The notes below the pieces were generated by a model. It had not been told where the DNA came from. It worked only from the letters and a program-made list of their open reading frames with translations, and ran no database searches. A DNA stretch of 64,000 nucleotides from Lachnospiraceae bacterium (GTDB lineage Bacteria; Bacillota; Clostridia; Lachnospirales; Lachnospiraceae): positions 26,102 through 90,101 of the forward strand of contig JAVBUF010000009.1 in the NCBI GenBank assembly GCA_031555615.1, written 5' to 3'. The position numbers and the translations under genes are program-made. Positions 53,434 to 63,183 of this stretch are shown here, in pieces (positions within the stretch are counted from its first letter, which is position 1; every line of letters begins with the position of its first letter).

Positions 53434-54279
53434 ATGGAAAAAACCGCCTTTGCCCCTTATGGAAATTTTTTTATTAATTATACCCGGGCAAGCTATCAAA
53501 ATGATATGAAAGTCCAGCATTACCATGATACTTATGAAATATATCTGCAGATTTCCGGTACCCGCAAGCTGTTCCTGAATGATCTTTCCTATCAGCTGGG
53601 GGAAGGGGACCTGTATCTGCTGAACCCCTTTGAAATTCATTATACCGAAAGTCTCACCACAGATCCCTACGAACGTTTCGTAATGAATTTTCCCGGCGAT
53701 AAACTTTCCTGCATCCTCACCCAACAGGAAAAACAAATGCTGTTTACCAAAATGGATTCTCGAGTCATTCACCTGGATAATGCACAGGCGGCAGCGGCTC
53801 TGGGGCATTTTAAAAAAGCCGATGCCTTTTCGGGCAAAACCGGCTTTCTTGCAGAAAAATTATTATATTCAGAAATTTTTCAGTTCTTAATGGAACTGGA
53901 TGCTCTGCCTGCTGCCGAAGAAGAAATTCTCAGCCAAAGCATCCAGTCCGAAGTGGCCAAAGCGATTCACTATGTAAACCGATATTATGCGGAAACAATC
54001 GACTTGAACACCCTGGCCGATATGATCCATATGAGCAAATACCATTTCTGCCGGCAGTTCCACGCCGCAACCGGAGCCACCTTTCTGGAATATCTCTATA
54101 ATATCCGGCTGGCCAAGGTTCACCAGATGCTGCTGGAAACCTCCTTACCGCTCCATGACATTGCCCGCCGGACAGGCTTTTCCTCCACCGCCCACCTTTC
54201 CCGGATCTTCCGGCAGCGGTACGGGCAGTCCCCCAGAGACTTCCGGTCCTTCTGCAGCTACCAGGTCAAAAAGAAATGA
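53434..54279 (+). CDS. AraC-family transcriptional regulator (cupin + HTH)
   Basis: C-terminal AraC HTH (SKYHFCRQFHAATGATFLEYLYNIRLAKV...IARRTGFSSTAHLSRIFRQRYGQSPRDF). ATG 53434 has GGAG 6 nt upstream. The ORF-track start is 53422. Confidence 0.85.
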   Translation: MEKTAFAPYGNFFINYTRASYQNDMKVQHYHDTYEIYLQISGTRKLFLNDLSYQLGEGDLYLLNPFEIHYTESLTTDPYERFVMNFPGDKLSCILTQQEKQMLFTKMDSRVIHLDNAQAAAALGHFKKADAFSGKTGFLAEKLLYSEIFQFLMELDALPAAEEEILSQSIQSEVAKAIHYVNRYYAETIDLNTLADMIHMSKYHFCRQFHAATGATFLEYLYNIRLAKVHQMLLETSLPLHDIARRTGFSSTAHLSRIFRQRYGQSPRDFRSFCSYQVKKK

Positions 54280-56419
54280 AAACCGTATCATAGGCATTTA
54301 TATTTACGGTTTGAGCTCCTTTTGGGGTTTGAATGGATGTGGTCTGTTCCGTGTCACTGTTATTGATAACCACCAGTTTATTTTCCTGGGGATACCAGGC
54401 ACATTCCGTATGCAGATTATCCGTCATATAGTCTCCATATACACCTTCACCGCCGGCAAAGCGGATCAATTGATACAGCAAACGGGTATTGGCGGCACTG
54501 ATGTTAAAAGATGCCAGATAAATTCCCTTGCCCTGGCCGAAGCCGTTGATGGTCAATACCGGTGTATCGCCCTCAGCCATCAGCACCTTGGCTTTGCCAT
54601 CCGTTAAAAATACTTTTTCTTTCTTCTCAATATGACTGCCGTTGGGAAGCAATTGCTGTTCCGATTGTACTTCAAATCCCCATTTTCCATGACACACTCG
54701 GGCTCCCGTATCTTTGTCGATACCCAGAACATGAGCCATTCTGAAATAAGTGTCATAGTCTGCTACAGCCGACGGCTCATTAACACCGATTAATGTCCCA
54801 CCTTTATAGACCCATTCGGTCAACAAACTCACCACCGCTTCATCCCGCCAGGCTTCGCCGCCGCTCCAGGCGCTGCCAGCTTCCCCGGCATTAATAACCA
54901 CATCCACACCAGCCAGTGCGCCGTTTTTGATATCTTCAAAAGAAAGGAACGATACCTCCACCGGAAGCCCCGACAAGGCTTCATTGATGTGAATCAAATC
55001 ATGCATATAGGTCTCATGGAAATGTCCTGATAAGGTCCATGAGCGTAATTTTCCCCAGCTATGCAGCACTGCCACCCGGGTTTTAATGGTATAAGGCTTG
55101 CCGTTTTGATGAAAGGATCTCAGCAGCCGGAACTCATCCGCTACTTTTTCGATATAATCACAAAAATCAGGATATTCCTCCACCAGGTGCAGATATCCGC
55201 CCAATCCGATTCTTTCGATGGGGGCAAACAGCAATGCTCTTCTGACGCTGTTCCAGTACTTCTTGGCTTCTAATGTGGGATCGCCGCCTTCCATGAATGT
55301 AGGGGCACCCCCCAAGCCCACCGGAAACAGGTAGGGATGCAGCCGCAGCTCATGCACCGGAATATCCACTCCGGCACAAAGCCTTGCTTCGTATCCTGAG
55401 AAAACACATTTGATCAGACCGTCAAAACCAAATTCCGCAAACCGGTCTCCGTAAGGTTCCACTCCAATCCAACTGTCATCATAAAAAACATAGGCTTTCT
55501 TCCCATAGCTGTGGACGATATCCACCAGCTCCTTGCCGAAATCCACCACAAAATTATGGACAAAGGTCATCCAGTCTTTCTTTCGGGGACTGGGCGGCAT
55601 ATGGGTCACCTGCAGTTTGCCCTGATTAATAAAATCTTCAGCCGTGAGCCGATACCCATACTCCTGGGCAAACAGATCCAGTGCCAGATCACTGACTGCA
55701 AAATCATAGGATCCCCAATCGGAGAACAAATTGCGGTTTCGGGCATCACTCCCCCAAATCCAGACAAAATTATAAAACATCGAAGTAAACCGTACCACCG
55801 TCGTGTCAGGATGGCTTTCACACCATTCTTTCATCATTTCCCGCAAGTAGTCCTGGGTTTCGGGATAACGGGGATCGATCTGCATCAAATGCTCTTTATT
55901 CCAATTATTGGTGGTGTGATTGTACATGGAAATTTCTTCCCAGATCCGATAAGCCAGAAAACTTACCGTATACTTATGCCAGGGAATGGCATTATGAATA
56001 ATCACACTCCCGCCTTCTTTATCATATTCCCATGACGTGGCCGGAACTGCCTCATTGATGGTTCGGTCATAAACCTCCCAGTATTTCATCGCCCTTTCGG
56101 AATCATTAATGGCAAACTGTTCCGCAAAAAAGCTTTCCATCAACGAAATGGTAAGTGACCCTTCACACGCCACCACAGGGGGGGTGCCAAGAAAGGTCTG
56201 CTGTAATTTATCCCGGTTTTGCTTTGCCCATTCATTATGTTCTCTGATAATACAAACAGTCGAATAAATGCCGTATCCTGCATGTACGATTTCATCGGAA
56301 AGTGTAGTTCCGTCGCTGTCCCTGATAATATCTGCGCCCCATTTTGATGCCAATTTCAGTGTCAGTTCCTCATATCCCGCTTCTCCGGGCAATGTAAAAC
56401 CGCCTCTGTCTGCGTTCAT
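54266..56419 (-). CDS. GH112 beta-galactoside phosphorylase (lacto-N-biose / galactosyl-rhamnose phosphorylase family)
   Basis: 717 aa. The N-terminus GGFTLPGEAGYEELTLKLASKWGADIIRDSDGT is typical of GH112. No signal peptide. GGAGG RBS. Confidence 0.8.
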   Translation of the reverse strand: MNADRGGFTLPGEAGYEELTLKLASKWGADIIRDSDGTTLSDEIVHAGYGIYSTVCIIREHNEWAKQNRDKLQQTFLGTPPVVACEGSLTISLMESFFAEQFAINDSERAMKYWEVYDRTINEAVPATSWEYDKEGGSVIIHNAIPWHKYTVSFLAYRIWEEISMYNHTTNNWNKEHLMQIDPRYPETQDYLREMMKEWCESHPDTTVVRFTSMFYNFVWIWGSDARNRNLFSDWGSYDFAVSDLALDLFAQEYGYRLTAEDFINQGKLQVTHMPPSPRKKDWMTFVHNFVVDFGKELVDIVHSYGKKAYVFYDDSWIGVEPYGDRFAEFGFDGLIKCVFSGYEARLCAGVDIPVHELRLHPYLFPVGLGGAPTFMEGGDPTLEAKKYWNSVRRALLFAPIERIGLGGYLHLVEEYPDFCDYIEKVADEFRLLRSFHQNGKPYTIKTRVAVLHSWGKLRSWTLSGHFHETYMHDLIHINEALSGLPVEVSFLSFEDIKNGALAGVDVVINAGEAGSAWSGGEAWRDEAVVSLLTEWVYKGGTLIGVNEPSAVADYDTYFRMAHVLGIDKDTGARVCHGKWGFEVQSEQQLLPNGSHIEKKEKVFLTDGKAKVLMAEGDTPVLTINGFGQGKGIYLASFNISAANTRLLYQLIRFAGGEGVYGDYMTDNLHTECAWYPQENKLVVINNSDTEQTTSIQTPKGAQTVNINAYDTVFISF

Positions 56420-56434
56420 ACCTTATCCTCCAAA

Positions 56435-58186
56435 TCAAATTTTAAAATTTTTACAAATATCAGCCGCTTCCCCGCGGCTTATGATCCGATTTAAATTTAC
56501 CTTTTCCCCTTTGGGAAGCAATCCCAGGGAACAGGCCGCACGGATAAAAACCTGCCCATACGCAGGAACACTTCCATCATATTGGCAAGGTTCTTCCGCC
56601 GGCAACTGCTTACGGCTTTTATAACCGTTCAGAGCCAAAACCAGAAACTCCCAAAGCTTTACCTCCTGTTCCGGGTAAAATCGGTTATTGCTGCATAGTT
56701 CAGGAGGAATGATGCCATTTTGATAAGCACACTCCACGCCCCCCGCATACCATTCGTGGCCAACCACATCCACAAACATATCATTATATACATTAGACCG
56801 GAAGAATCTTGCGGTCTGAATAATCATATCCAAAGCCTCCGCCCGGGTCAGGGCTGCTGACCGCCGTTCCAGATCAACAAATAAGTCCTGGGCTGCATCC
56901 GGATCTACCATTTCGGCATAGGCCTCCGGTTTCTCCGGTAATTTAATTACCAAAGGCGGTGTCCATTCGCCAAACCCTTCCGTCACATGATCCGCCAACC
57001 AGGCATAAGCATTGACTGGGTGGTTCCGACATACCCTGAGAATCTCCTCAGTCACAAATCGGGCCATCTGATAGGCTCCGTAATCATTGCTGTGGGTAAA
57101 GTCGCCGGGATAATAAAACCGCTTTGCCGCTTCCAGACCCAGTGCAGTTACAAACTCCATACTACGCTGGTGGAGGTCAATTACCGGCACATCCATTTCC
57201 CTTCCCAGGGCCAGACAGCAGTCCGCATATTCTTTTAACAGGTCATTATAAGAACCGTCATTGCCCCGCCAGCTATTCCGGGCCACCGGTGTGACCATCA
57301 ATGGATGCATCCTGTTATCACGGCATTCATTGATGTAGCGAAGCAGATTCTCGCGATACCCTTCGGCTGCTTTCAAGCTATCCAGCTTCTGGTCATTATG
57401 GCCAAACTGAATCAGCAAAAAATCACCCGGCTTGCAGTACTGCCTGACGATTGCATAATGCCCTTCCTTCCGGAAGCTTTCTGTGGTGAGGCCGGAATGC
57501 GCATGATTGGATACAACAATATCGTTATCCAGAAAGGCTCCCAGCATCTGTCCCCAACCGGCATAACTGGCCTCCGGAAAATAGGGATAGTCGGTATTCT
57601 GATCGGTCAGTGTAGAATCTCCGGCGATATACAAGGTGGGACAATTCACTTCTTCGATCTGCATCCGGGTTATCCGCAGTGCATCGGCAATTATCGCCAC
57701 ATCAATACTCTTATCTTCATAAATGCACTCTTTTCCCCGGGGAATGATGTCACATACATTGGTCAAAAAGGTGCCGGTAAAGCTTTCACCGGCAGCCAGG
57801 CTGCCCTTGTAAGCCAGTCTGCGTCTACCGGAAAACAAAAGCATATTCTCCATTCCGCCAGCCGGTGCCTGTACCGTAACCGTTACCCGATAATTCCCCT
57901 GACGGGGGACATCTGCTTTAAAAATCAAGGGAATTCCGGCGGCCGGAGCTTCCATGAAACATCCCTGATCATCATTCCTGATCTGCGTCAGTTCCTCATT
58001 CCGATACCAATATACGGTATCAAATCCGGCATTAATCTCCGGTATCTTTAAAAGTTCCTGTTTTCTCCTGTTTTGTTCAACCACAAATCCATAGCCCGCT
58101 GACGGCTGATACAGATCATCAGCCGTCACGGTAATGCCATCGTATTTTTCTGAATGAATTCCAAACCGGAATTTTTTTAAATACAT
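56435..58186 (-). CDS. SGNH/GDSL esterase (rhamnogalacturonan acetylesterase-like, CE12) with extra N- and C-terminal domains
   Basis: Block I LYIAGDSTLTDQ, FGHND (block III-like) and HSN near the end of the catalytic module. The C-terminal ~170 aa resemble SLH repeats (FVDVVGHEWYAGGVECAYQNGII...NRFYPEQEV). Confidence 0.65.
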   Translation of the reverse strand: MYLKKFRFGIHSEKYDGITVTADDLYQPSAGYGFVVEQNRRKQELLKIPEINAGFDTVYWYRNEELTQIRNDDQGCFMEAPAAGIPLIFKADVPRQGNYRVTVTVQAPAGGMENMLLFSGRRRLAYKGSLAAGESFTGTFLTNVCDIIPRGKECIYEDKSIDVAIIADALRITRMQIEEVNCPTLYIAGDSTLTDQNTDYPYFPEASYAGWGQMLGAFLDNDIVVSNHAHSGLTTESFRKEGHYAIVRQYCKPGDFLLIQFGHNDQKLDSLKAAEGYRENLLRYINECRDNRMHPLMVTPVARNSWRGNDGSYNDLLKEYADCCLALGREMDVPVIDLHQRSMEFVTALGLEAAKRFYYPGDFTHSNDYGAYQMARFVTEEILRVCRNHPVNAYAWLADHVTEGFGEWTPPLVIKLPEKPEAYAEMVDPDAAQDLFVDLERRSAALTRAEALDMIIQTARFFRSNVYNDMFVDVVGHEWYAGGVECAYQNGIIPPELCSNNRFYPEQEVKLWEFLVLALNGYKSRKQLPAEEPCQYDGSVPAYGQVFIRAACSLGLLPKGEKVNLNRIISRGEAADICKNFKI

Positions 58187-58188
58187 AT

Positions 58189-59244
58189 TTATAGCGCCCC
58201 ATCCTTTGCACTTTCATCGGCTACCAACAGTTCTGACAAAAAGGCCAGTGCCAGTCCCTGTCCCCATCCCTGGATCCAGTCTTTGGATATTTCACAATAG
58301 CCCTTCACGTCCTTCATCACTGCCGTTCCGCCGGATACATTACATACTTTACCGTCTTCGCTGATATTTGCCAACAAGCCCTTAATGGCCAGATTGATAT
58401 ATCTGGAATGAAGGGGATTTCCTCTTGTCAGCATGGCGGCAGCGATTCCGGCCGATGCCGAAACCTCCTCATAAGAGGATGTATCGTTCAGCACTGTCCG
58501 CCACAGGCCATTTTCGGTCTGAACGGTTTTCAATGCTGCCAGCTGCTCATTCAGAGAACCGGCAACATCCATATATTTGGGATACAAATAACATTCCGGC
58601 AGCCGGCCTCCCACCTGAGACATGGTGTATGCTGCCCAGGCATTGGCTCTTCCCCAGTAAATCCCGGACATATGATCGCCGGCGATATTATTGTAACCAT
58701 GATAATAAAATCCGGTTGAAGAATCCTGTAAATATTTGATATGCCAGTACCATTGATTCAGGGCATCTTCGATCAGAGCTTCCTCTTTGTTGATGACCCC
58801 TACCCGCAGCAGAAAAAAGGCAGCCATAAATAACGTATCCGCCCAGGCCTGCTCCGGAAAATCATTATTGGCCGACACCGTATGCTGTAAGACGTGATCA
58901 CCAAACCGCAGTGCATCCTTACGGATATATGCGATCTTACTCATCACAATCTCCCAGTACCGCTCTTCTCCGGTGGCCTGATATAACGTGATCAGGCAAT
59001 GTCCCATGGCACAGGCATTTACCGTCCATACCCGGGGAAGCCCCAGTTCAATCAGCTCGTCGATCCGGTTCTTTAACAACGTCAGATATTCTTCCTTCCC
59101 GGTTTTTTCATAGGCTTCGCAAATGCCATAATAAGCCACTCCGCAAGGCCAATCCCAGGTAAGATCCATATTCATGGTCTTTTTTACAACCCTGTCAATT
59201 ACTTGTTCTATTTGCTTTTTATCATAATCCAGCTTTAACATCAT
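58189..59244 (-). CDS. GH105 unsaturated rhamnogalacturonyl hydrolase (YteR/YesR-like)
   Basis: 351 aa, (alpha/alpha)6-type. WDWPCGVAYYGICEAY, ADTLFMAAFFL, and NGLWRTVLND-like motifs. No signal peptide. Confidence 0.75.
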   Translation of the reverse strand: MMLKLDYDKKQIEQVIDRVVKKTMNMDLTWDWPCGVAYYGICEAYEKTGKEEYLTLLKNRIDELIELGLPRVWTVNACAMGHCLITLYQATGEERYWEIVMSKIAYIRKDALRFGDHVLQHTVSANNDFPEQAWADTLFMAAFFLLRVGVINKEEALIEDALNQWYWHIKYLQDSSTGFYYHGYNNIAGDHMSGIYWGRANAWAAYTMSQVGGRLPECYLYPKYMDVAGSLNEQLAALKTVQTENGLWRTVLNDTSSYEEVSASAGIAAAMLTRGNPLHSRYINLAIKGLLANISEDGKVCNVSGGTAVMKDVKGYCEISKDWIQGWGQGLALAFLSELLVADESAKDGAL

Positions 59245-59316
59245 AACCTCCTATTATAGGATAGCTCCCCAGCAAGAAGCAGTTGGGGAGCTATTACATT
59301 TTAGCTTATGAGCTTA

Positions 59317-60984
59317 TTATTTCAATGCACCTGTATTGATCAGTTCCTGTTTTTCATCCAGGATTGCCTGATATCCGGCATCCAGATATTCCTCGCAGGC
59401 GGCTTTGTAGTTTGCATCAAAGTCTGCTTCACTGCCGGTAGCAACTTTTACATACAACTGCTTCCAAAGTTCTCTTAAGTCTGCTGCTGATTCTGAGGAA
59501 GTTTCCACTACTGCGGTGAAAATCGGGTTAATCAATCCGTAGGGTTCCTGATCCTGGAAGTACTTATAATTGTCTTCAATCAGATACTCATATCCTTCCG
59601 GAGCCCAGTTCTTGATATTGGATTTGTAAGTAAGAGCATCATCTTCATAAACGATGGCTTCTACTACCAGACACCAGTAATCTTTGTTATTGTTATTGGA
59701 AACCTTCCAGTCTCCGGCATAATCCGGTGTACGCACTGCCAGGCCATCAGCATCCATGGTATAGCTTTCGCCTTCAACACCATACTGGTACTGGAACAGA
59801 TTCTCCGGCTGGCTCAGCCATTCCAGATACATCCATACTGCTGCACGCTGCTCATCGGTACAGGTAGAGTTCATACCCATGATCATACCATAAGCAGGAT
59901 ACTCATAGTAATAAGGATTATTTCCGGCGGGTACTTTTGCACGGATCGGCAGAGTTGCTAATTTAGCACCCGGATCGTTGGCCAGCAAACTGGTAATTAC
60001 ATCTGTTGAACTGGACAGATATAAGCCATAGGTTCCAGTCTTTCCAGCGATAAAATCAGCTTTAGTTTTGGCATCCTCGTCTTTTAAGTAAAACTCAGGA
60101 TCAACCAATCCATTGTTGTACTGATAGTTCAGGTTCTTCAGGTATGCTTCCGATGCACTCCAGGGAAGGGATGCTACTGCCAGATCGGAATACAGGTTGA
60201 TATCATTTTGATCTACGGAATTGCCGATATAGCCATAGTGATAAGTAAAGTTATTGAACAATAAGGTTTCGCCTAATTTGCCAAGGCCGGCATCTTTCCA
60301 TGACTGTGCTACAGCATTCAGTTCTTCTACACTGGTAGGCATAGCAGCACCTACTTTATCCAGCCAGTCCTGTCTAACCAGAGTAACCCACTGATAGTAC
60401 ATGGTAGGTCTTTCAGCAAAGAAGAACATGGTCTGACCGTCCATTTCACCATAGGTATCGATGGTGGAACCAAGGTTTGCATAATAGGTGGGTGCATAGT
60501 TGGCAATTTCATTTACATCCAAAGGCTGCATTGCACCTTCGTTGAAATAGTTAACTGCCTGAGGCATATCATAGTGCATGATAATGCTGGGAGCGGTTCC
60601 GGCAGCGATCATCTGCATATAGTCGGCCACTTCGGTACCACGGCCGATGGCTACATATTCAACATTGATATTGTACTTGTCACCGAATTCGGACTGTACC
60701 CATTTGGTATAAGTATTATCGGTTACATTCCAGCCTTCAAATGCTCTGTCATAAACAGGTATCTGGATAGTTACTTTGTCGGAAAATCCGCCTGAGTAGT
60801 CCGGATATGCAGCTTCTGCGGTTTCTGCCGGTGCTTCCTCTTTGGTTTCAGTGGCAGTAGTTGTTTCTGCCGGTTTTTCTGCAGTTTGGGTGGTTTCTTC
60901 TTTGGCACCACAGCCTGCTAAAGTTCCCATTACCATAACACTTGCTAACGCCATGGCAATCACTTTTTGAAGATTCTTCTTCAT
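59317..60984 (-). CDS. large extracellular solute-binding lipoprotein (LplA-like)
   Basis: 555 aa. Lipobox LAGCG followed by a Thr/Glu/Ala linker. AAGGAGG RBS. Confidence 0.85.
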   Translation of the reverse strand: MKKNLQKVIAMALASVMVMGTLAGCGAKEETTQTAEKPAETTTATETKEEAPAETAEAAYPDYSGGFSDKVTIQIPVYDRAFEGWNVTDNTYTKWVQSEFGDKYNINVEYVAIGRGTEVADYMQMIAAGTAPSIIMHYDMPQAVNYFNEGAMQPLDVNEIANYAPTYYANLGSTIDTYGEMDGQTMFFFAERPTMYYQWVTLVRQDWLDKVGAAMPTSVEELNAVAQSWKDAGLGKLGETLLFNNFTYHYGYIGNSVDQNDINLYSDLAVASLPWSASEAYLKNLNYQYNNGLVDPEFYLKDEDAKTKADFIAGKTGTYGLYLSSSTDVITSLLANDPGAKLATLPIRAKVPAGNNPYYYEYPAYGMIMGMNSTCTDEQRAAVWMYLEWLSQPENLFQYQYGVEGESYTMDADGLAVRTPDYAGDWKVSNNNNKDYWCLVVEAIVYEDDALTYKSNIKNWAPEGYEYLIEDNYKYFQDQEPYGLINPIFTAVVETSSESAADLRELWKQLYVKVATGSEADFDANYKAACEEYLDAGYQAILDEKQELINTGALK

Positions 60985-61024
60985 AATGATCCTCCTTAAA
61001 ATTGTGAAGTTTTTAGTTTTTTCC

Positions 61025-61057
61025 GTGCGATTAGTCGCACTTGCGATTTAGTCGCAC
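61025..61057 (-). promoter_or_regulatory. tandem stem-loops between the permease and binding-protein genes
   Basis: GTGCGA-ttag-TCGCAC is followed by TGCGA-tttag-TCGCA. The unit TGCGATT(T)AGTCGCACT is directly repeated, and alternative pairing between the two copies is possible. Confidence 0.45.
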
Positions 61058-61059
61058 TT

Positions 61060-61935
61060 TTATCCTTTAACAGCTCCGATCATGGTACCCTGTACAAAGT
61101 ACTTCTGAAGGAACGGATAAACAATGATAATAGGTACAGTGGCAAACATAACACATGCTGCCGTTAATACTTCCGGATTGGTGATAACTCCGGTAACACC
61201 GCCTTCCGACTGAATCGATTCTGTAGCTGAAATAACCAGATAATACAGCTTCAACTGCAGCGGCCGCAGGGAAGTCCTTTGTTTGATATAAAACAAAGCA
61301 TCCTGATAGGCGTTCCATCTGCCCACTGCAAAGAACAGGGCGATGGTTGCCAGAATCGGTTTGGACAGCGGCAGGACGATCCTGGTGAGGATGGTCACAT
61401 GATTGGCACCGTCGATAAACGCCGATTCCACCAAACTGTCCGGTATGGATGACTGAAAGGAATTCTTCATAATCAAAAAGTTATAAGCACTGAATGCCAG
61501 CGGTAAAATCAGGCAGCTCCAGGTATCCAGCATTTTCAGATTACTCATCAGCAGATAATCCGGGATAATACCGGCGGTAAAGTACATGGTAAACATAAAC
61601 ATTACAGTGAAAAATTTGCGGCCCTTCAACTGCGGTCTGGATAACACATATGCTGAACATACGGTGAGGAACATCCCCACTGCCGTAAAGGCTGCGGTCA
61701 TAATCACGGTTACATATAAGGAACGGATGATGGAACTGTCACCGAATACTTTCTTGTAAGCCTCCAGGCTGAATCCTTTGGGAAGCAGAAAAACCTTATT
61801 GGCAATTACAAATGCATCCGTACTGATGGACTTGGCAAACACATGAATAAAAGGCAGCAGACAGGTTAAACTGAACGTCAGGATGATCAAATAGAACAAT
61901 CCGTCAAAAAACATATTTTTATATTTTGTATTCAT
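61060..61935 (-). CDS. carbohydrate ABC transporter permease (LplC-like)
   Basis: 6-TM protein. EAA loop LVESAFIDGANHVTILTRIVLPLSKP. AGGAGG RBS. Confidence 0.85.
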   Translation of the reverse strand: MNTKYKNMFFDGLFYLIILTFSLTCLLPFIHVFAKSISTDAFVIANKVFLLPKGFSLEAYKKVFGDSSIIRSLYVTVIMTAAFTAVGMFLTVCSAYVLSRPQLKGRKFFTVMFMFTMYFTAGIIPDYLLMSNLKMLDTWSCLILPLAFSAYNFLIMKNSFQSSIPDSLVESAFIDGANHVTILTRIVLPLSKPILATIALFFAVGRWNAYQDALFYIKQRTSLRPLQLKLYYLVISATESIQSEGGVTGVITNPEVLTAACVMFATVPIIIVYPFLQKYFVQGTMIGAVKG

Positions 61936-61946
61936 ATGCGCTCCTC

Positions 61947-62885
61947 CTATATTAATCCGTCTTCGCCAAGTTTCTTGGCAACAAAGTCCGCCAACAGTAC
62001 CAATACCAAGCCAATCACTGACTGGAACAGTCCCAGTGCGGTAGAATCACTGAACTTACCGCTGCCGATTCCCCACCGGTAGATCAATACCGGAATGGTG
62101 GTGGTATACTCCGTTACTTTCACATTGGTCAGGGCCATAATCCGTTCAAAAGAACCGCCCATTACTTTACCCAGATTCATGATCAGCAAAATAACTATGG
62201 TACTGCGGATACAGGGAAGGGTCACATGCAAACATTGCTTCCACCGTCCGGCCCCGTCTACTGTGGCCGCCTCATATAGTTCCGAATTTACGCTGGTGAT
62301 GGCCGCCAGATAAATGATGGTTCCCCATCCCATGGTTTGCCAGACACCGATCAATACATATGTAATCAGCCACCAGGTGTCTTCCTGTAAAAAGGGAATT
62401 CGGCTGCTGCCGGCATTTTCAATCAGGTTGTTGATGACACCGCTGTTGAGACCGAATAACTGATATCCCAACGCACCGATAATAATCCATGATAAAAAGT
62501 GGGGCAGATATAATAATGTCTGTGTTGCTTTCTTAAAATATTTGTTTTTTACTTCATTAAGCAGTAATGCTAAAATAATCGGCATGGGGAATCCAAAGAT
62601 CAGATCCAGGATATTCAGAAACAGGGTGTTTTTTACTGCCTTGCCGAAGTCCCGGTGGGCAAATACTTTTTGGAAGACATCAAAGCCAACCCACTTGCTG
62701 TCGAAGAACCCTTTAGCCGCCTTGTAATCCTTAAAAGCGATTATCAATCCACTGTAAGCCGCATATTTGAATATCAGTACAAAAATCACAGGAATCAAAA
62801 GAAGTGCATATAACTGCCAATCCCGTTTAAAAAAGTATACAACATTTTTTCTGTTTGCTTGTTTTGCTGCTTTGGTTTTCGCCAT
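61947..62885 (-). CDS. carbohydrate ABC transporter permease (LplB-like)
   Basis: Trimmed to ATG 62885 (GGGAGG RBS). EAA loop LYEAATVDGAGRWKQCLHVTLPCI. Confidence 0.85.
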   Translation of the reverse strand: MAKTKAAKQANRKNVVYFFKRDWQLYALLLIPVIFVLIFKYAAYSGLIIAFKDYKAAKGFFDSKWVGFDVFQKVFAHRDFGKAVKNTLFLNILDLIFGFPMPIILALLLNEVKNKYFKKATQTLLYLPHFLSWIIIGALGYQLFGLNSGVINNLIENAGSSRIPFLQEDTWWLITYVLIGVWQTMGWGTIIYLAAITSVNSELYEAATVDGAGRWKQCLHVTLPCIRSTIVILLIMNLGKVMGGSFERIMALTNVKVTEYTTTIPVLIYRWGIGSGKFSDSTALGLFQSVIGLVLVLLADFVAKKLGEDGLI

Positions 62886-63183
62886 ACTTGCCTCCCAATC
62901 GTTTGATAACCTCATTCCTTGTATCTATTATCATATAAATCTCCGGCTCTTTCTAATCATTTTCATAAAAATACTATGCAATTTCAACCATTTATGATAT
63001 AATTTTTCCAAGTTACATATATGCAACTTTTATAATCATCGGTTTCTTGACATTTGTTTTATGGTCATATTGTCTATTCATTTTAAATTATTTATTAATT
63101 TTATTAAATTTCTGGTTTATTTATCGCAAATATTCATCTTGTCAAATCGAAAAATGGTTGTTTTTGAATGGAGTATCTGTCTT

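Noticed and set aside
53404-53808. 134-aa minus-strand ORF overlapping the AraC regulator gene.
   Set aside because: It is antisense to a well-supported AraC CDS, with no RBS or motif.
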